This document shows positions 1 through 12,124 of a stretch of DNA of 64,000 nucleotides, piece by piece. A program made the position numbers and the translations under genes. Position 1 is the first letter of the stretch; the number at the start of each line of letters is the position of its first letter. The stretch is from Gracilinanus agilis (taxonomy: Eukaryota). Below the pieces are notes generated by a model. The model worked only from the letters and a program-made list of their open reading frames with translations. It was not told the origin of the DNA and searched no databases. The DNA lies in NCBI RefSeq assembly GCF_016433145.1, contig NC_058135.1, positions 106,927,860-106,991,859 of the forward strand. The letters are read 5' to 3'.

Positions 1-516
1 CAATTCTTCAAAGTTAACTTTAGAAAAAATATTAGTTTCTTCTTCTGTTACATATCTCTGGTTCTTTTTCCTTCGAACTTAATCTTTTTCTATGGAAGGA
101 AAAAATTATCTTAATCAGGATTGTGACAGCAAGTGGTAGAGATGAAACTTCATCAAGGAAAATGACCACAATAATATCTTCAGTGAAATTATACATGACA
201 AAGAGCTAGGTCCATCAACCATTATAGTCCTTGAAAGTGCCCACAAGTCCACTTCAAAAGTTTCTTTAAGTCTTCATCTACCTCTTCATGTCTACTAATT
301 AAATAAGCATTTCAAGTGCTATCATTTAAGAGAATTAAAAAAAAAAGAAACGTTTTTCTCCTTTACAGCATTACAGAATCAGAAATAACCCCAAAATCTA
401 CCTAAAGCTTGGATTCTTAACATGGGGTTCACAAATCTGGAGGTGTTTATATTTTTATAATTGCACTTTAATATAATTGGCTTCCTATGTTGCCCAATTT
501 ATTTTGTTTTATGCAT

Positions 517-713
517 TAAAAAAAAACAGCCCTTACCTTCCATCTTGGAGTCAATACTGTGTATCAGCTCCAAGGCAGGAGAGTGGAAAGGACAAGGCAA
601 TGGGGGTTACGTGACTTGCACAGGGTCACACAGCTGGGAAGTGTCTGAGGCCAGATTTGAGCCCAGGATCTCTAGACATCGATCTCAATCCACTAAGTCA
701 CTTAGCTGCCCCC
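517..713 (-). mobile_element. SINE1_Mdo-like opossum SINE
   Basis: Reverse complement has a tRNA-like head, CORE segment and ...GAAGGTAAGGG plus A-rich tail, as recalled for the SINE1_Mdo consensus. Confidence 0.75.
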
Positions 714-787
714 TTGTTTTATACCTTTTGAAAATAACATTTAGAGAAGACTCCATAGGCTTGACCAGGCTGTCAAAGGGTACCAGG

Positions 788-789
<2 letters not shown>

Positions 790-836
<47 letters not shown>
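790..836. repeat. (CA)n microsatellite
   Basis: Perfect AC run of about 23 units. Confidence 0.98.
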
Positions 837-838
<2 letters not shown>

Positions 839-1314
839 TTAAGAATCCTTTGTTAGTGCAATGCCCACCTGAACAAGAAAAATCTTCTAAAACCTTCCCT
901 AAATGCTTCATATAATAAGAGACAACAAAACTAAAATAGAGAATGATATTATATAGAACTTTGAAGGATGGGGCAAACATTAATTCTATATTAAATCAAG
1001 AGTTATTGGAAGCTTTGAAAGAGAATGATATGTTGAAGCAAACACATAATATATAAAAGATACTTTGGCAGTTTATACATGTTTCATTACTGAGAGCTAA
1101 ATCCAAAGAATATTTACCTAGCATTTCCCCTGTGGAGAACACCAAGAGAGATGAAAGGAGAGTGAATTTGTAATTAGAAGGGGATATAAAAATGATATCA
1201 TCTAAAATCTCTTTTCTTAAAAATAAAAAAATAAAGTTCAAAGAGGCTAGGTCACTTTCCGAAGCTGTTAATATGTTGTTGAGCTCAGAATTTAACCCAC
1301 TGTTTTAGACTGTA

Positions 1315-1579
1315 ATAGTGAATGCTTATGCAAAAATTACAATGTACCAGGAACTATATTAAGTGCTTTACCAATATTATCTTATTTTTATGCTCACAAC
1401 CATGCTGGGATGGAGGTGTTATTTTTATCTCCATTATGCAGATGAGGAAACTGAGGCATCTGGAGGTTAAGTCCCTTACCCAGGGATCACACAGCTAGTA
1501 AGTGTCTGAGACTGGATTTGAACTCAGGTATTCCAGACTCCAAGCCCAGCATTCACCCACTGTACCACTTAAATGCCCC
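1315..1579 (-). mobile_element. MIR/Mar1-type CORE-SINE
   Basis: CORE motif CAGATGAGGAAACTGAGGC...CACACAGCTAGTAAGTGTCTGAG...GGATTTGAACTCAGG. Confidence 0.8.
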
Positions 1580-4500
1580 TAAAATGATAGATCCAAAACT
1601 CTGCCCAGGATACCATGATGCCATATGCAAAGGATGCAAGTTGCACTCATCAACTAATAAACTTCTTATATGTAAAAAATTCAACTGATACTGAGTACCT
1701 GCACCCTCACACATAAAGCCATTTTTTAAATCTACCCCATTCCAGCTTGTTCTAGAAAGGAATTGGGGAAAAAAATTCTGTTAAAAGATGTCTCAGAAAA
1801 TGTTTTTTCTCCACTGCATCCTGCCTCTTTCTCTTTAGGAAAATATGTAAAGATATCCTTTCCCTCACTTCAGGTCACTTTCACAATTCTGTCAATTTTA
1901 CCTCCATCTATCCATCTGGACAATATTATGTTGTAGATCTACCATTTTCTTTCTCTCTTCCATCTCTTCCACAGACACTTAAGGGGGGGGGGGTAGAACA
2001 GGAAAACTTTCTTCCTTCTTTCAATTTCTCTCTTCCTTAATTTTTTACCACTTTTAGGGAAACAAATGGCTTTTTTATCAGAGCTGCAAAAACAAATGTT
2101 AAATATGCTCTTTGGGAAAAAAGATGCTCTTTTATCAATAAGAAGCCATATTATAAAATCTTAAATGAAATTAGATATAGAACCAAGTCTGTAAACCTAT
2201 AAAGTCCTTGAAAGTATCCAGGAATCTCAATCAGAAGTTTTCTGAATTCTTCTATCTATCTATTCTTGTCTGGTACTTAAATGAACTTTTCAAGCACAAG
2301 CATTAAATTGAATTTAAATTTTTTAAAAAGCAAAACTTTATCTTCTGATACATAGAACTAACTGGAGTGGACCTCAGAGGCTAGATTGTAATTTGCTGTA
2401 TGAAAAAACAAATTCTCTCTCCAACATCCATAACAAGTATACTGCAAGAAGAGGGAAGTAAAACAATTTAGGAAACCCCCTTGTGAGGAGCTTTGAAACA
2501 CACTGCAAGAAATCTGTTTTTAATCAGGAAGTTTTGAAATTTAATCAAAAGTTTTGAAAGAGAATTTGGCATGTCTGAAACAACACCTATAAAATATTCC
2601 AAAGATAGCTTGATGGATGTTTGATTTCAATGTTAATAGTTCTATTCAGCCAATATTTAATGAAGGCTTCCAGGGAATATAATACCAGTATGCCATCATA
2701 AAATCAGAAATTTAAGAACTTAAAAGGACTACAGAAATCGTCTAATTCAAAATTCTCATTTAAAAAAAATAAATGGTAAAGATCAAAGGGGTGAGCCTCA
2801 GAGCCTAACAGATTATCAGTGATACAGCTAGTAACTGAAACCGTAGCCTATAAAAATAATCCAACACTTATTTCTCCATGGTCTATAAATCATACCCATC
2901 AGTCTTTACATACAATTAAACAGTTGCATACTAACTTGGAATCCATACTCTAACTTACTAATTTACTAACATACTAACAACTCTAACCTATGCCTCATAA
3001 TTTGTTCAGAAAAGCCTATGTATGTGATCGACTTTTGACACACAAAAATTCTTCTCCACTATATTCCTTTTTCATTAAGTCAACAGGTATACTCCATACT
3101 TTTACTTTTTCCTTTCACTTTCATAATTCAATTCCACCTTCAGAAAACCCCCTTCTATGAAGGATATACAATTTATTCTATTTCCTTCTTTTTCTGTCCT
3201 TTCCAATTCTCTTATAGATACCTTTGGGAAATAGAATTCCCTTCCTTTAATAACAATTTTCTCTTTTAATAAATTTAAAATTTATTCCATTTGCAAAGCA
3301 AATTAGCAGTTCCAATTAGGATTTTGACACCACGTGGTAGAGATGAAACTTTATTAATGAGATGACACACTTTAATTTTGGGGTGAAATTAGACATGACA
3401 AAGAACTGGGATCATCAACTTCTAAAACCATTGAAAGTTCTCAAATATTCCCTTCAGAAGTTTCATAAAGTTTTCGCCTACCTCTTCACATCTGTCATTA
3501 AGAGCTTTTCTCCAAAAATAAGTATTAAAGGGGATTTTTAAAAATCACAGACTACTATTTTTACTCAGAAACTTGTAAATTAGAGAAGTGACTTCAGAAT
3601 CCATCTAGTACAACCCCAACCTGAACAAGCATCTTCATCACAACATTTCCCAAAAATTACAATCCAAAAGTGGACAACTAATATAAGGTAGAGATTAATA
3701 TCATAATGAAATTTTAAGCATGGTGCTGTAAACTGTACTTAATCAAGAAATAGAAAGTTTTATGGAATGAAATGTTAAAAGTAAACAGACATCATGTGTG
3801 TTTGTGTGTGTGTAAAATATCTTGAAAGATTAATGTGTTGTCACCATTTAAAGCCAAATCATGGGTACTTACTAATTGTTTCCTGTATCTAATATCAATA
3901 GTGACCAAAAGAGCAATAAATTTATATTTGAAATGGATTTTTAAATAATTTTATTCAGATACTCTTTGATAGTAATGAATTTCTATAAATTGATTTATCA
4001 GTGCTGATTAAAGCCACTTATTCACCTTATAAAAGGAACAAATTAAGAGTAATAGAAGAATACTGGTTATAATGAGAAGTTTTTAAGTGAAAACACACCT
4101 GATAAAAAGCTTGGGTCTAAAGCCCTTGAAAATGACCAAAATTCTCCTTGAGAAGTTTTCCAATTCTCAATGTAACTCTTCAGATAATGCTGATTCAGAA
4201 AAGCTGCTATTCAAGTGGAAATATTCAAGAGGTATTTTGAAAACAACAATAGCAACAAGAACAACAATAAAAAATGCAACTTTTTTTTCTTCTTTAAAGA
4301 ATCAGAGGCCAATGGGACCAGAGATGCCATCTAGCACAATCACCATCTAAAAAAAAAGATTCTTTCCTACAAAATCCCTTAATATATGAGAAAGTAATGA
4401 AATTAATGTAAGCTACACCCAGGTGAAAAGCTTTGAAAGGTGGTGCAAGGACTGAATAATTATGAAGATTACTGTTTATTATGACATGTATGGTTGAAGT

Positions 4501-7500
4501 ACCATATATTAAAGATGTAGAAACTATATTAGTTAGTATAATTTCTACATTAAGAGTTCAATTCAACATGTATTTTTTTAATGTCTCCCATTTGGAGGTA
4601 ACTCAATCAGAAGTCATAGGATTGTTGATACAGAGTTGAAAAAATTATAGAAATCTTCAATTTCAAATTTCTCATATTATGGATATTTAAACTCAGAAAC
4701 AAAGAGACTATATAAGTTTTCCTGAAGATCAAGACGATTGAACAAAGAAGTGGTAAATCTGGGGACTGATTTCCTTCTAGTTCAAGATAGAGCATTCTTT
4801 CCTTTTTATCATGTTTTCTCATAATTCACAAGTTCTTCTCACCAAGTAATATGTTAAGTTAGATACAAGGATCCATAAAAGCTCTACCCTGCACCCATAC
4901 ACATTCCCTTCTAACCCATTCCCTCCAGTTAGCTTTGGACATGATTAAAAAAATATTCCGTTCAAGGATCTGTTTTTGTCATTGTCTCTTCCTAATCACT
5001 TTCCTGTCAGGGATGATCAAAACATGAATTCTTTCCTATTTTTCTTTTTCTTTAATAATTCAGTTAATTCTACTTTCAAACATCTTTCTCCAATTTACAT
5101 ATGGAAATTGCTCACTCCCTCTTATTTTGTAACTCTTCCATAGTTATTACTTTTAATTTTTTTCTCCATTCCTACTTCGAAATTTGTTCCTTTCTACAGA
5201 AAGAAGTGATGTTAATCAAAACTATCAGACTCAGAACTAGAGATGAAATATCAAGGACAAGACACACTATAATTTCTTCATTGAAATTAGACATGACAAA
5301 GAGCTAGAGTCATCAACCTCAAAAGTCTTTGAAAGTAAACAGAAGCCCTCTTCAGAAGTTTCCTAGTCTTCAGCTGCCTCTTTAGGTCAGTTAATTAAGT
5401 ACAAATACATAAGAGATTAAGGAAAAAATAGCACACACCTTTCTGTTCTTTATAGACTCACAGTTTCCTAACAGAACTCAAAGACCATCTAATCCAAACC
5501 TTTCCTAATTAAAAAAAAACACATAGACAACATTCCCCAAAAATGTCATATAAGAGTAGGCAACAAAAGGAAAATTCAGAATGTTCTCAGGCAGAACTCT
5601 GAAGGATTGGAGTTATTGGAAGTTTTAAAGGAGAATGACATGTTGAAGCAAAACACATATAAGATGTAGAAGCTATCTTGACAGATTAAATTTCACCATT
5701 AACAACTAAATTCAGCTAGTATTTACTGAATGTTTCCCATGCGTATGGCACCAGTAGAGACCATACAATCATAAATTCATAGTTATAAGGGATGTTAGGA
5801 ATAACATCCGAAGACTTTCTTTCTCTCTTTCTTTTTTTTAAGATATGCAATTTGAAGGCCAATGGTTCTCTGTGATTTTTCTTAATTTCCACCACTTCCA
5901 TAATGGGAATAAACTCCAAGACTATGAAGTCCTGATGAAATGCTCTTTTAACTTCATCATGGCTCCTGCTATTCCCTTTCCCTTGACTTTCAGGAGTCAT
6001 TTCCAATATGGTGCACAAGTTACATTTACCAACTAGTAATTTTCCCAAATATACAAAGAGCCAGTTGCCCATTGTTTCTATGCCCACATTATAAAAAGAA
6101 AATTATCAAACTATCCCAGAGGTACTTTGTCTTACTGCGATGCCAGTCTTTTCCCCAACAATCTCAGACTCCCCTCAGAGACTTTATGTAAAAACTTACC
6201 TTTTCATTTTCCATATAATTTGTTTTTGTAAATCAGTTAATTACAATTGCAGCAAACTATTTTTCTCCTGAACATATTAAAACACTTCATTTGTCCCAAT
6301 CTTCTTTCTTTTTTGATTCTTCTATAATCAAATCCTTTCTCCTCGCTTTTTTCCCTCTTCTCAATTTATTTCATTTGTAAGGAAAATAAGTAGTTTTATT
6401 TAGAACCATTGAACCAAGAGCTAAAGATGCAACTTTGTTACAGATAGAATACTTCAAAAATGCTGAAGTGAAATCAGAAATGATAAAAAAAAATCAAGCC
6501 CACCCACATATAAAGCCTTTGAAAGTAGATATAAGTCCTCTTCCTAAGACCCCTAAAGTCTTAATCTACCTCTTCATGACTGATAATTTAAAATTCCTTC
6601 TTCAGATATAAACATCTGATGGGAATTTTAAAAAACACAACTTTCAAAGATCATGTATGCATCAAAAAAGTTCCAAGAAGTTTTGAAGAATAGGATTAAT
6701 CAAAATAGAAAAGACATGTTAGGTAGATTGAAGAATTAGCATGATTTCAACATTTGAATTCAATTAATCAAATCTTTACTATATATCTCCCATATGAACA
6801 ATACCAACATAGAGTCAGAGGTTCATTGATTTAAAGCGAAAAGAAAAACACACCAAAAACTTTAGAAATCATCTTTTTCAAAGACCTCAGGTACTAGATA
6901 CAGAAAATAAAGACCAAACAGGTTAAGTGAATTGTTCCAAGACCTATAATTTGCAATTTGGGAATTAAACCCAAGTCTGTCTCCTGTTTCAATGATTTTT
7001 GCTACCACATCAAATTACCATAAGGTCCAAAAGCTATAGTAGTCAACTAAACATCTCCCTTATATCCAATAAATCAAGTGTGTACTGCCTTGGAACCTCA
7101 ACATCTCAGAATGATCCCTCTATAAGAAAGATACTTAATCCAGGAACCAAGAACAAGATTTTTGTTTGTTTGTTTTTAACATTTGATAATATTTCAACAT
7201 GTTTTTGTAATCCTGTGTTTTGGATTTTGCATTTAAAAACATTATTCTGAGAAGTAATTCAAAGGCTTTAATATTAATAGACTGTCAAAGGAGTATAAAA
7301 CACCAGAAAAGTTAAGAACTCAAGCTTGACAACCTACCTCCTCCAGGATGCTCTGAATATGAATAAAACTCCCCATCTAAAAACCCCAATATCTCTTCCC
7401 CTTTCCCTCCTTTCCTTTATGTATTTGCACTTATGCCTAAGCCTTTTCTGTTTTCAATAACTCCTTTAATTTAATGAACATAAATCAAATTATCATGTGG

Positions 7501-7562
7501 GCATATGAAAAGTCTTTCTTTTCCTTTAGTTACCTAAAAAAATAAATAAATAAACAAACACT

Positions 7563-7737
7563 GCAGGTAGGTGGCTCAGTGAATTGAGAGCCAAGCCTAG
7601 AAAGGGGAGGTGCTGGGTTCAAATATGGCCTCAGATACTTCCTATATGTGTGATCCTGGGCAAGTCATTTAACCACCCCACCTAACCTTCTGCCTTGAAA
7701 CTAATTCTTAGAATGAAGGTAAGGGTTTAAAAAACAA
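7563..7737 (+). mobile_element. SINE1_Mdo-like opossum SINE
   Basis: GTGGCTCAGTG..TTGAGAGCCA..CCTAG...GGTTCAAAT.TGGCCTCAGA...GGGCAAGTCA...GAAGGTAAGGGTTTAAAAA. Confidence 0.8.
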
Positions 7738-7741
7738 ACAC

Positions 7742-7985
7742 ATTTTTGTAATTTTTTCTAACTCTTGTTTGGTTTTAAAATCTTCCCTTTCCCATAGATC
7801 TGGCAGGTATACTATTCTATGTTCACCTAATTTTCTTATAGTTTCCTTCTTTATATTCAAGTCATTCATCAATTGTGAATTTATCTTAGTGTAGGGTGTG
7901 AGATGTTGATCTAAACCTAATCTCTCCCATATTGTTTTCCAATTTTCCCAACAGTTTTTGTCAAATAGTTGATTTTTGTCCCAAA
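7742..7985 (-). mobile_element. L1 ORF2 fragment
   Basis: ORF track 7708-8043 gives WENWKTIWERLGLDQHLTPYTKINSQ...DLWEREDFKTKQELEKITK, typical of the marsupial L1 ORF2 C-terminal half. Confidence 0.85.
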
Positions 7986-8089
7986 AAAACTCCTCCCTTC
8001 CCTTCCCCTTTTTCTCTGCCTTTAAGAGTTTCTCCCCTCCCATTTGAAAAGGAGATTAGCAGTGCAAATTAGTAGTGATAAATAAGGTC

Positions 8090-9000
8090 TATGAGATAAA
8101 ATTTATCATGGAGAAGATGTAGAAGGAGAAATCAAAGCTGTACATAACTATATGAAAATTGTTCTGAATCAAATGCAAATCAAAACAACCATGATATAAT
8201 TTCACATCTACCAGATTGATTAAAATGACAAAAGAGCAAAATTACAAACTTGGAGGGGGTGTGGAAAATGGGGATACTAATACATTGTTGGTGGAACTGT
8301 GAGCTGTTCCAGCTATTCTGGAGAGCTATTAGAATTATATTCAAAGAGTTATGAAACTATATATACCTTTTGACCCAACAATATCACTACTAGGTTTATT
8401 TCCTAAGGTGACCAAGGAAAAAAGAAAAAGAAACTATAGATTCTAAACTATTTAGACCAGCTCTTTTGGTGGTGGCAAAGAACTGGCACCTGAAAGGATG
8501 CCCATCAATTGAAGAATAGTTGAACTAGTTGTGGTATATGATTGTAATAGAATACTCCTGTGCCATAAGAAATGACAAACAAGATGATTATCAAAAAATC
8601 TATGAAGTGATGCAAAATGAAGTGAGAAGAACCAGGAGAATATTGTACACAGAAGCAATAATAATAATATATGATGATCAAACATGAATGACAACTATTA
8701 TTAACAAGGCAAGGATCCACAACAATTCCAAGGGAGTCACGATGAAAAAGAATATCCACTGCCATAGGGGTAAACAGTCCAAATGCAATTTGAAATTTTA
8801 TTTCCTCCATGAATTTTTCTCTAGTATAATCAAAAGGTATCTTGTTTCACAACAAGATGAACAGGAAAATATGTATTATGATAATATATGTACAATTTAT
8901 ATTACCTGCCTTCTTGGAAACATGCATTGCAAATTGTCAGAAAAATATTCAATATCATAATGTTATGAATTGCCATGTAATCTAGAAAAAAATAATAAAA
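8090..9000 (+). mobile_element. Old L1 3' end (ORF2 C-terminus and 3' UTR)
   Basis: AAATGCAAATCAAAACAACC (MQIKTT-like) ...ATACATTGTTGGTGGAACTGTGA...CCTTTTGACCCA, followed by an A-rich tail. Confidence 0.75.
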
Positions 9001-12000
9001 TCCAGGGCCATTAACCTCTAAATCCACTGAAAGTGCCATGAATGTCTTAATTTTCATCCCCCTCTTAATGTATGATTAAAATAGTTTCCCTTGGAATATC
9101 TGAAATACTTATTTTTTAAATAATGAACAACTTTTTCTTATTCACAGGAATAAGAAGTTGGAAGGAACCTCAGAAGTCATCTAGTACAAAAATTTCAAAC
9201 TCATGGCAAGGGCCACCAGAACCACTTGAAATGTAACTGGAAAATATTTAACAAAATAAATAGAATACATTACAAAATATATAGTATTAATTTGTGGTTC
9301 TCTGAGTTGATACACAGTCTTAGAAGTTCATTTCTATTTGAGTATTATACTACTGATCTGGTATAAATTCAGATTTAACAAGAATATATTTTTATAACAT
9401 CCCAAACAAGTGTAATATATGAAGAAGTACTGTATCATAAGCAACACAATGGGTTTGGAATAGGGAGCAGGAATATTAAAAGTAGTTAGATAATGAAATG
9501 GATGGAATGTTGTACCTGGAGTTAAGATAGTTTTGAATTCAAATCCTGTCACAGAAACTGACTAGCTATGTGTCTGAAGAGGTTATTTAATTTCTATGGA
9601 CCTCAGTTTCTTCATCTATAAAAATGGCTATAATAATGGTACTTAAAAATTTAACATGTCAAGTATTTGGCAAATCATAAAAACATTATATAAATGCTTA
9701 ATAAATGAAATAAGGAATCCTATATTTAATCAAAAGTATTATTTCAACTTTTGAAGGAAAATGAGCAGCTTGGAACAATATCCAAAGAAGACATAGAAGA
9801 TATTTTGATAGCCTGGATCATTTCAAGGGTTCAAAACAACATTATCTATTAAATGTCTCCAGTGAAGACAGTGCCAATAGGAAGTCAAAGGATGATGGAT
9901 TAAGAGCTGGAAGGAACTTTAGACATCCTCTAATACAAAGTCCTCACTTTCAGATATGCAAATTAAAGAACAAAAAGGTTAAATAATTTCCCCAAAGCTC
10001 CATAATTTATAATTAGTTGAATTAGGTATTTAACAAAGGTCCTCTAACTCAATTTCAATGCTCTTTCTATAGGAACCCTCTTGCATCATAGTCCACACAT
10101 AAATTAAGCCAGCTAGTAATCTTCCCTTTGATATAAAGGACATTTGCCCATTGCTTTCACACCCTTACTCCTGAGGCAAATTTCCTGAAACATATTCTCT
10201 GGACATGCATCAATCTAGTCCTCTAAGGAACTATCTCATCCAACATTCCTCCACCAAAACCTTCCTTTCTCCTTAGCTTTATCATATATATGCCTCTCTT
10301 TCCCCTTTTCTCTTGACTTTCATAACTCAATTCCATCAACAACAGCTTCTTTGTCTCAGAGACATATGAAAACGTTTTGTTCACCCCTCCCACCTTTTTA
10401 TATCTCTTCCAATTTTTCCCTCATTAATCATTTACCTCCTTCACATTATCTCCATGCTGTTTCCTTCTTGTATGGTGTCTCCTCCTGTTTCTCTTCCTCC
10501 TCCTCCTAAAAAAAAAATTGGTGCTAATCAAGACTCAGGCTAAATATTCCAGATATGGCTTTATTAATAATAAGAAGCACTATAAATTCAGAACTGAAAT
10601 TAGATATCATAAAGAGCTACCTCCATCTGCTTATAAATCATGTGAAAATGAGTACAGAAGTTCCTCCATTTATTTTTTTTTCTCAGCTACTAATTAAAAT
10701 ACTTTTCTTCAGATGTATATGTTCAAGATATATATTTTTTCAAACTACATTGCACAACTACTTTCTTCTTCACAAATTCACAGGTTTGGGGAAGTATCTC
10801 AGAAGCCATTTAGTACAATCCTACAACTGAAGCAGAAGCCTCTCCACATTGTCCTCTAAAGGTGACTACTTCAAGGCTTTGCTTGAAGACCTATGAAGAC
10901 AGAGATCCCAGGATTTTATTAAGCAATCTATCTTGGATAACTCTAACTCACAGGCCATTTTCCCTTACATGAATCCTTAGCTGGCTATTCTTTAACTTCA
11001 TCCACACTGCTCTTAGCTTTGTGCTCTGTGAAGTCCAAAAACAAAATCCTTCCAGTATGACATGCTATGGGAGAAAGTTGTAAGAAAAGGAATGAGAGAC
11101 AAAATAAATAAGGATGTGAGCCCAATAAGAAAAAGAAAATCATATAGATAACTTGAAGGATTTGGACTGTACAAGTAGGTCAGAAGTTGAATTTGAAGAG
11201 TAGAAATCTGAGAGAAATTGAGGGAAATTTGAAATAGAACAATTTCCTAAGTAACAATTTGGATTCTACTTCAGTGTAGAAAAAAGACCAAGATCAAAGA
11301 AAATTAGAAGTTATTAAAAAGATTATGGAGGATCATAAAGATTTAGAAAGCACAACCTAAAAAGGGAGATTAAAGGAGCAATAATTTGATGTCAATTAGC
11401 AAAATTAGGCAAAGGAAGGAAGGAAAAGTCAAATAATTCAAAGGAAAACAAAATTATGAAATGGGTTGCTGAATAGACCCAATGGGTGAATCAGATTTGA
11501 GCCCAAGGAAGGAGAATAGGTAGATATGTAACTGAGACCAATAAAAAGAAGCTTCATGGAGCTCTCAAGTTATTAAAAGGTGATAATTGTTTCTAAAATT
11601 TTAACTCCGTTCTTAGGGTTGAGTTGTAAATAACCACATGTGGTTAAAAACTATCTTTTTTAAGGTCTGGAAAACTCAAGTCATTAAGGAGAGTAAGGGA
11701 AATAACTTACATCTGCTCTGCAATGTTTCTTTTTCTATCCACAGCCAAATGATTATTTTCTGCATTCTAAGTTCATCACCCTCTCATAAAAGAAGGTGAA
11801 AGTACTGAAAGAACCTCTTTATACATGTTATATTGCTAAGGTGTTCCTAAATGAATCAGAGAGGAAACATCAGAGGGGGGGGGAAGTCCCTGTGAGATGG
11901 TCAATGGGAGATGACCCTTGTGTAGATGCTGGACAGAGAAAAATGTTGTACAGAAGAGAAAGGGAAAGAAAAGAATGTCTGTAAAATTAGAGCTTTAAAC

Positions 12001-12124
12001 CAAATTCAAAGTTTCTTTCTGGAGAAGAAGTTGCTTGCCCTCTAAAGAAGGATACAGCACAGTCCTAGGAGTTATCAGGTAAGAGATCGTTCACTAAGGG
12101 TCAGAGAAGGAAGAAAAGAGACTC

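Larger units (their letters stand above)
133..10900. repeat. Highly decayed long-period (~1-2 kb) local tandem duplication
   Basis: Module TAGAGATGAAA...GAAATTAGACATGACAAAGAGCT...TTGAAAGT...TCAGAAGTTTC...CTACCTCTTCA recurs at ~133, 3334 and 5238, and partially at 2165, 4087, 6467 and 10594. A second module GAGTTATTGGAAG(C/T)TTT..AGAGAATGA recurs at 1000 and 5610, with weaker copies near 2545, 6678 and 9745. Confidence 0.7.

Noticed and set aside
133-5400. Repeated module as tandem coding exons (EIRHDKELGSST...)
   Set aside because: Comparing the copies at 133 and 3334 by eye gave about 9/8/10 changes at codon positions 1/2/3, so no synonymous bias, and the copies carry in-frame stops and indels.
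7742-9000. Opposite-orientation L1 pieces as a twin-primed 5'-inverted insertion
   Set aside because: The two pieces appear to differ in age and are separated by unrelated sequence, so independent insertions are more likely.
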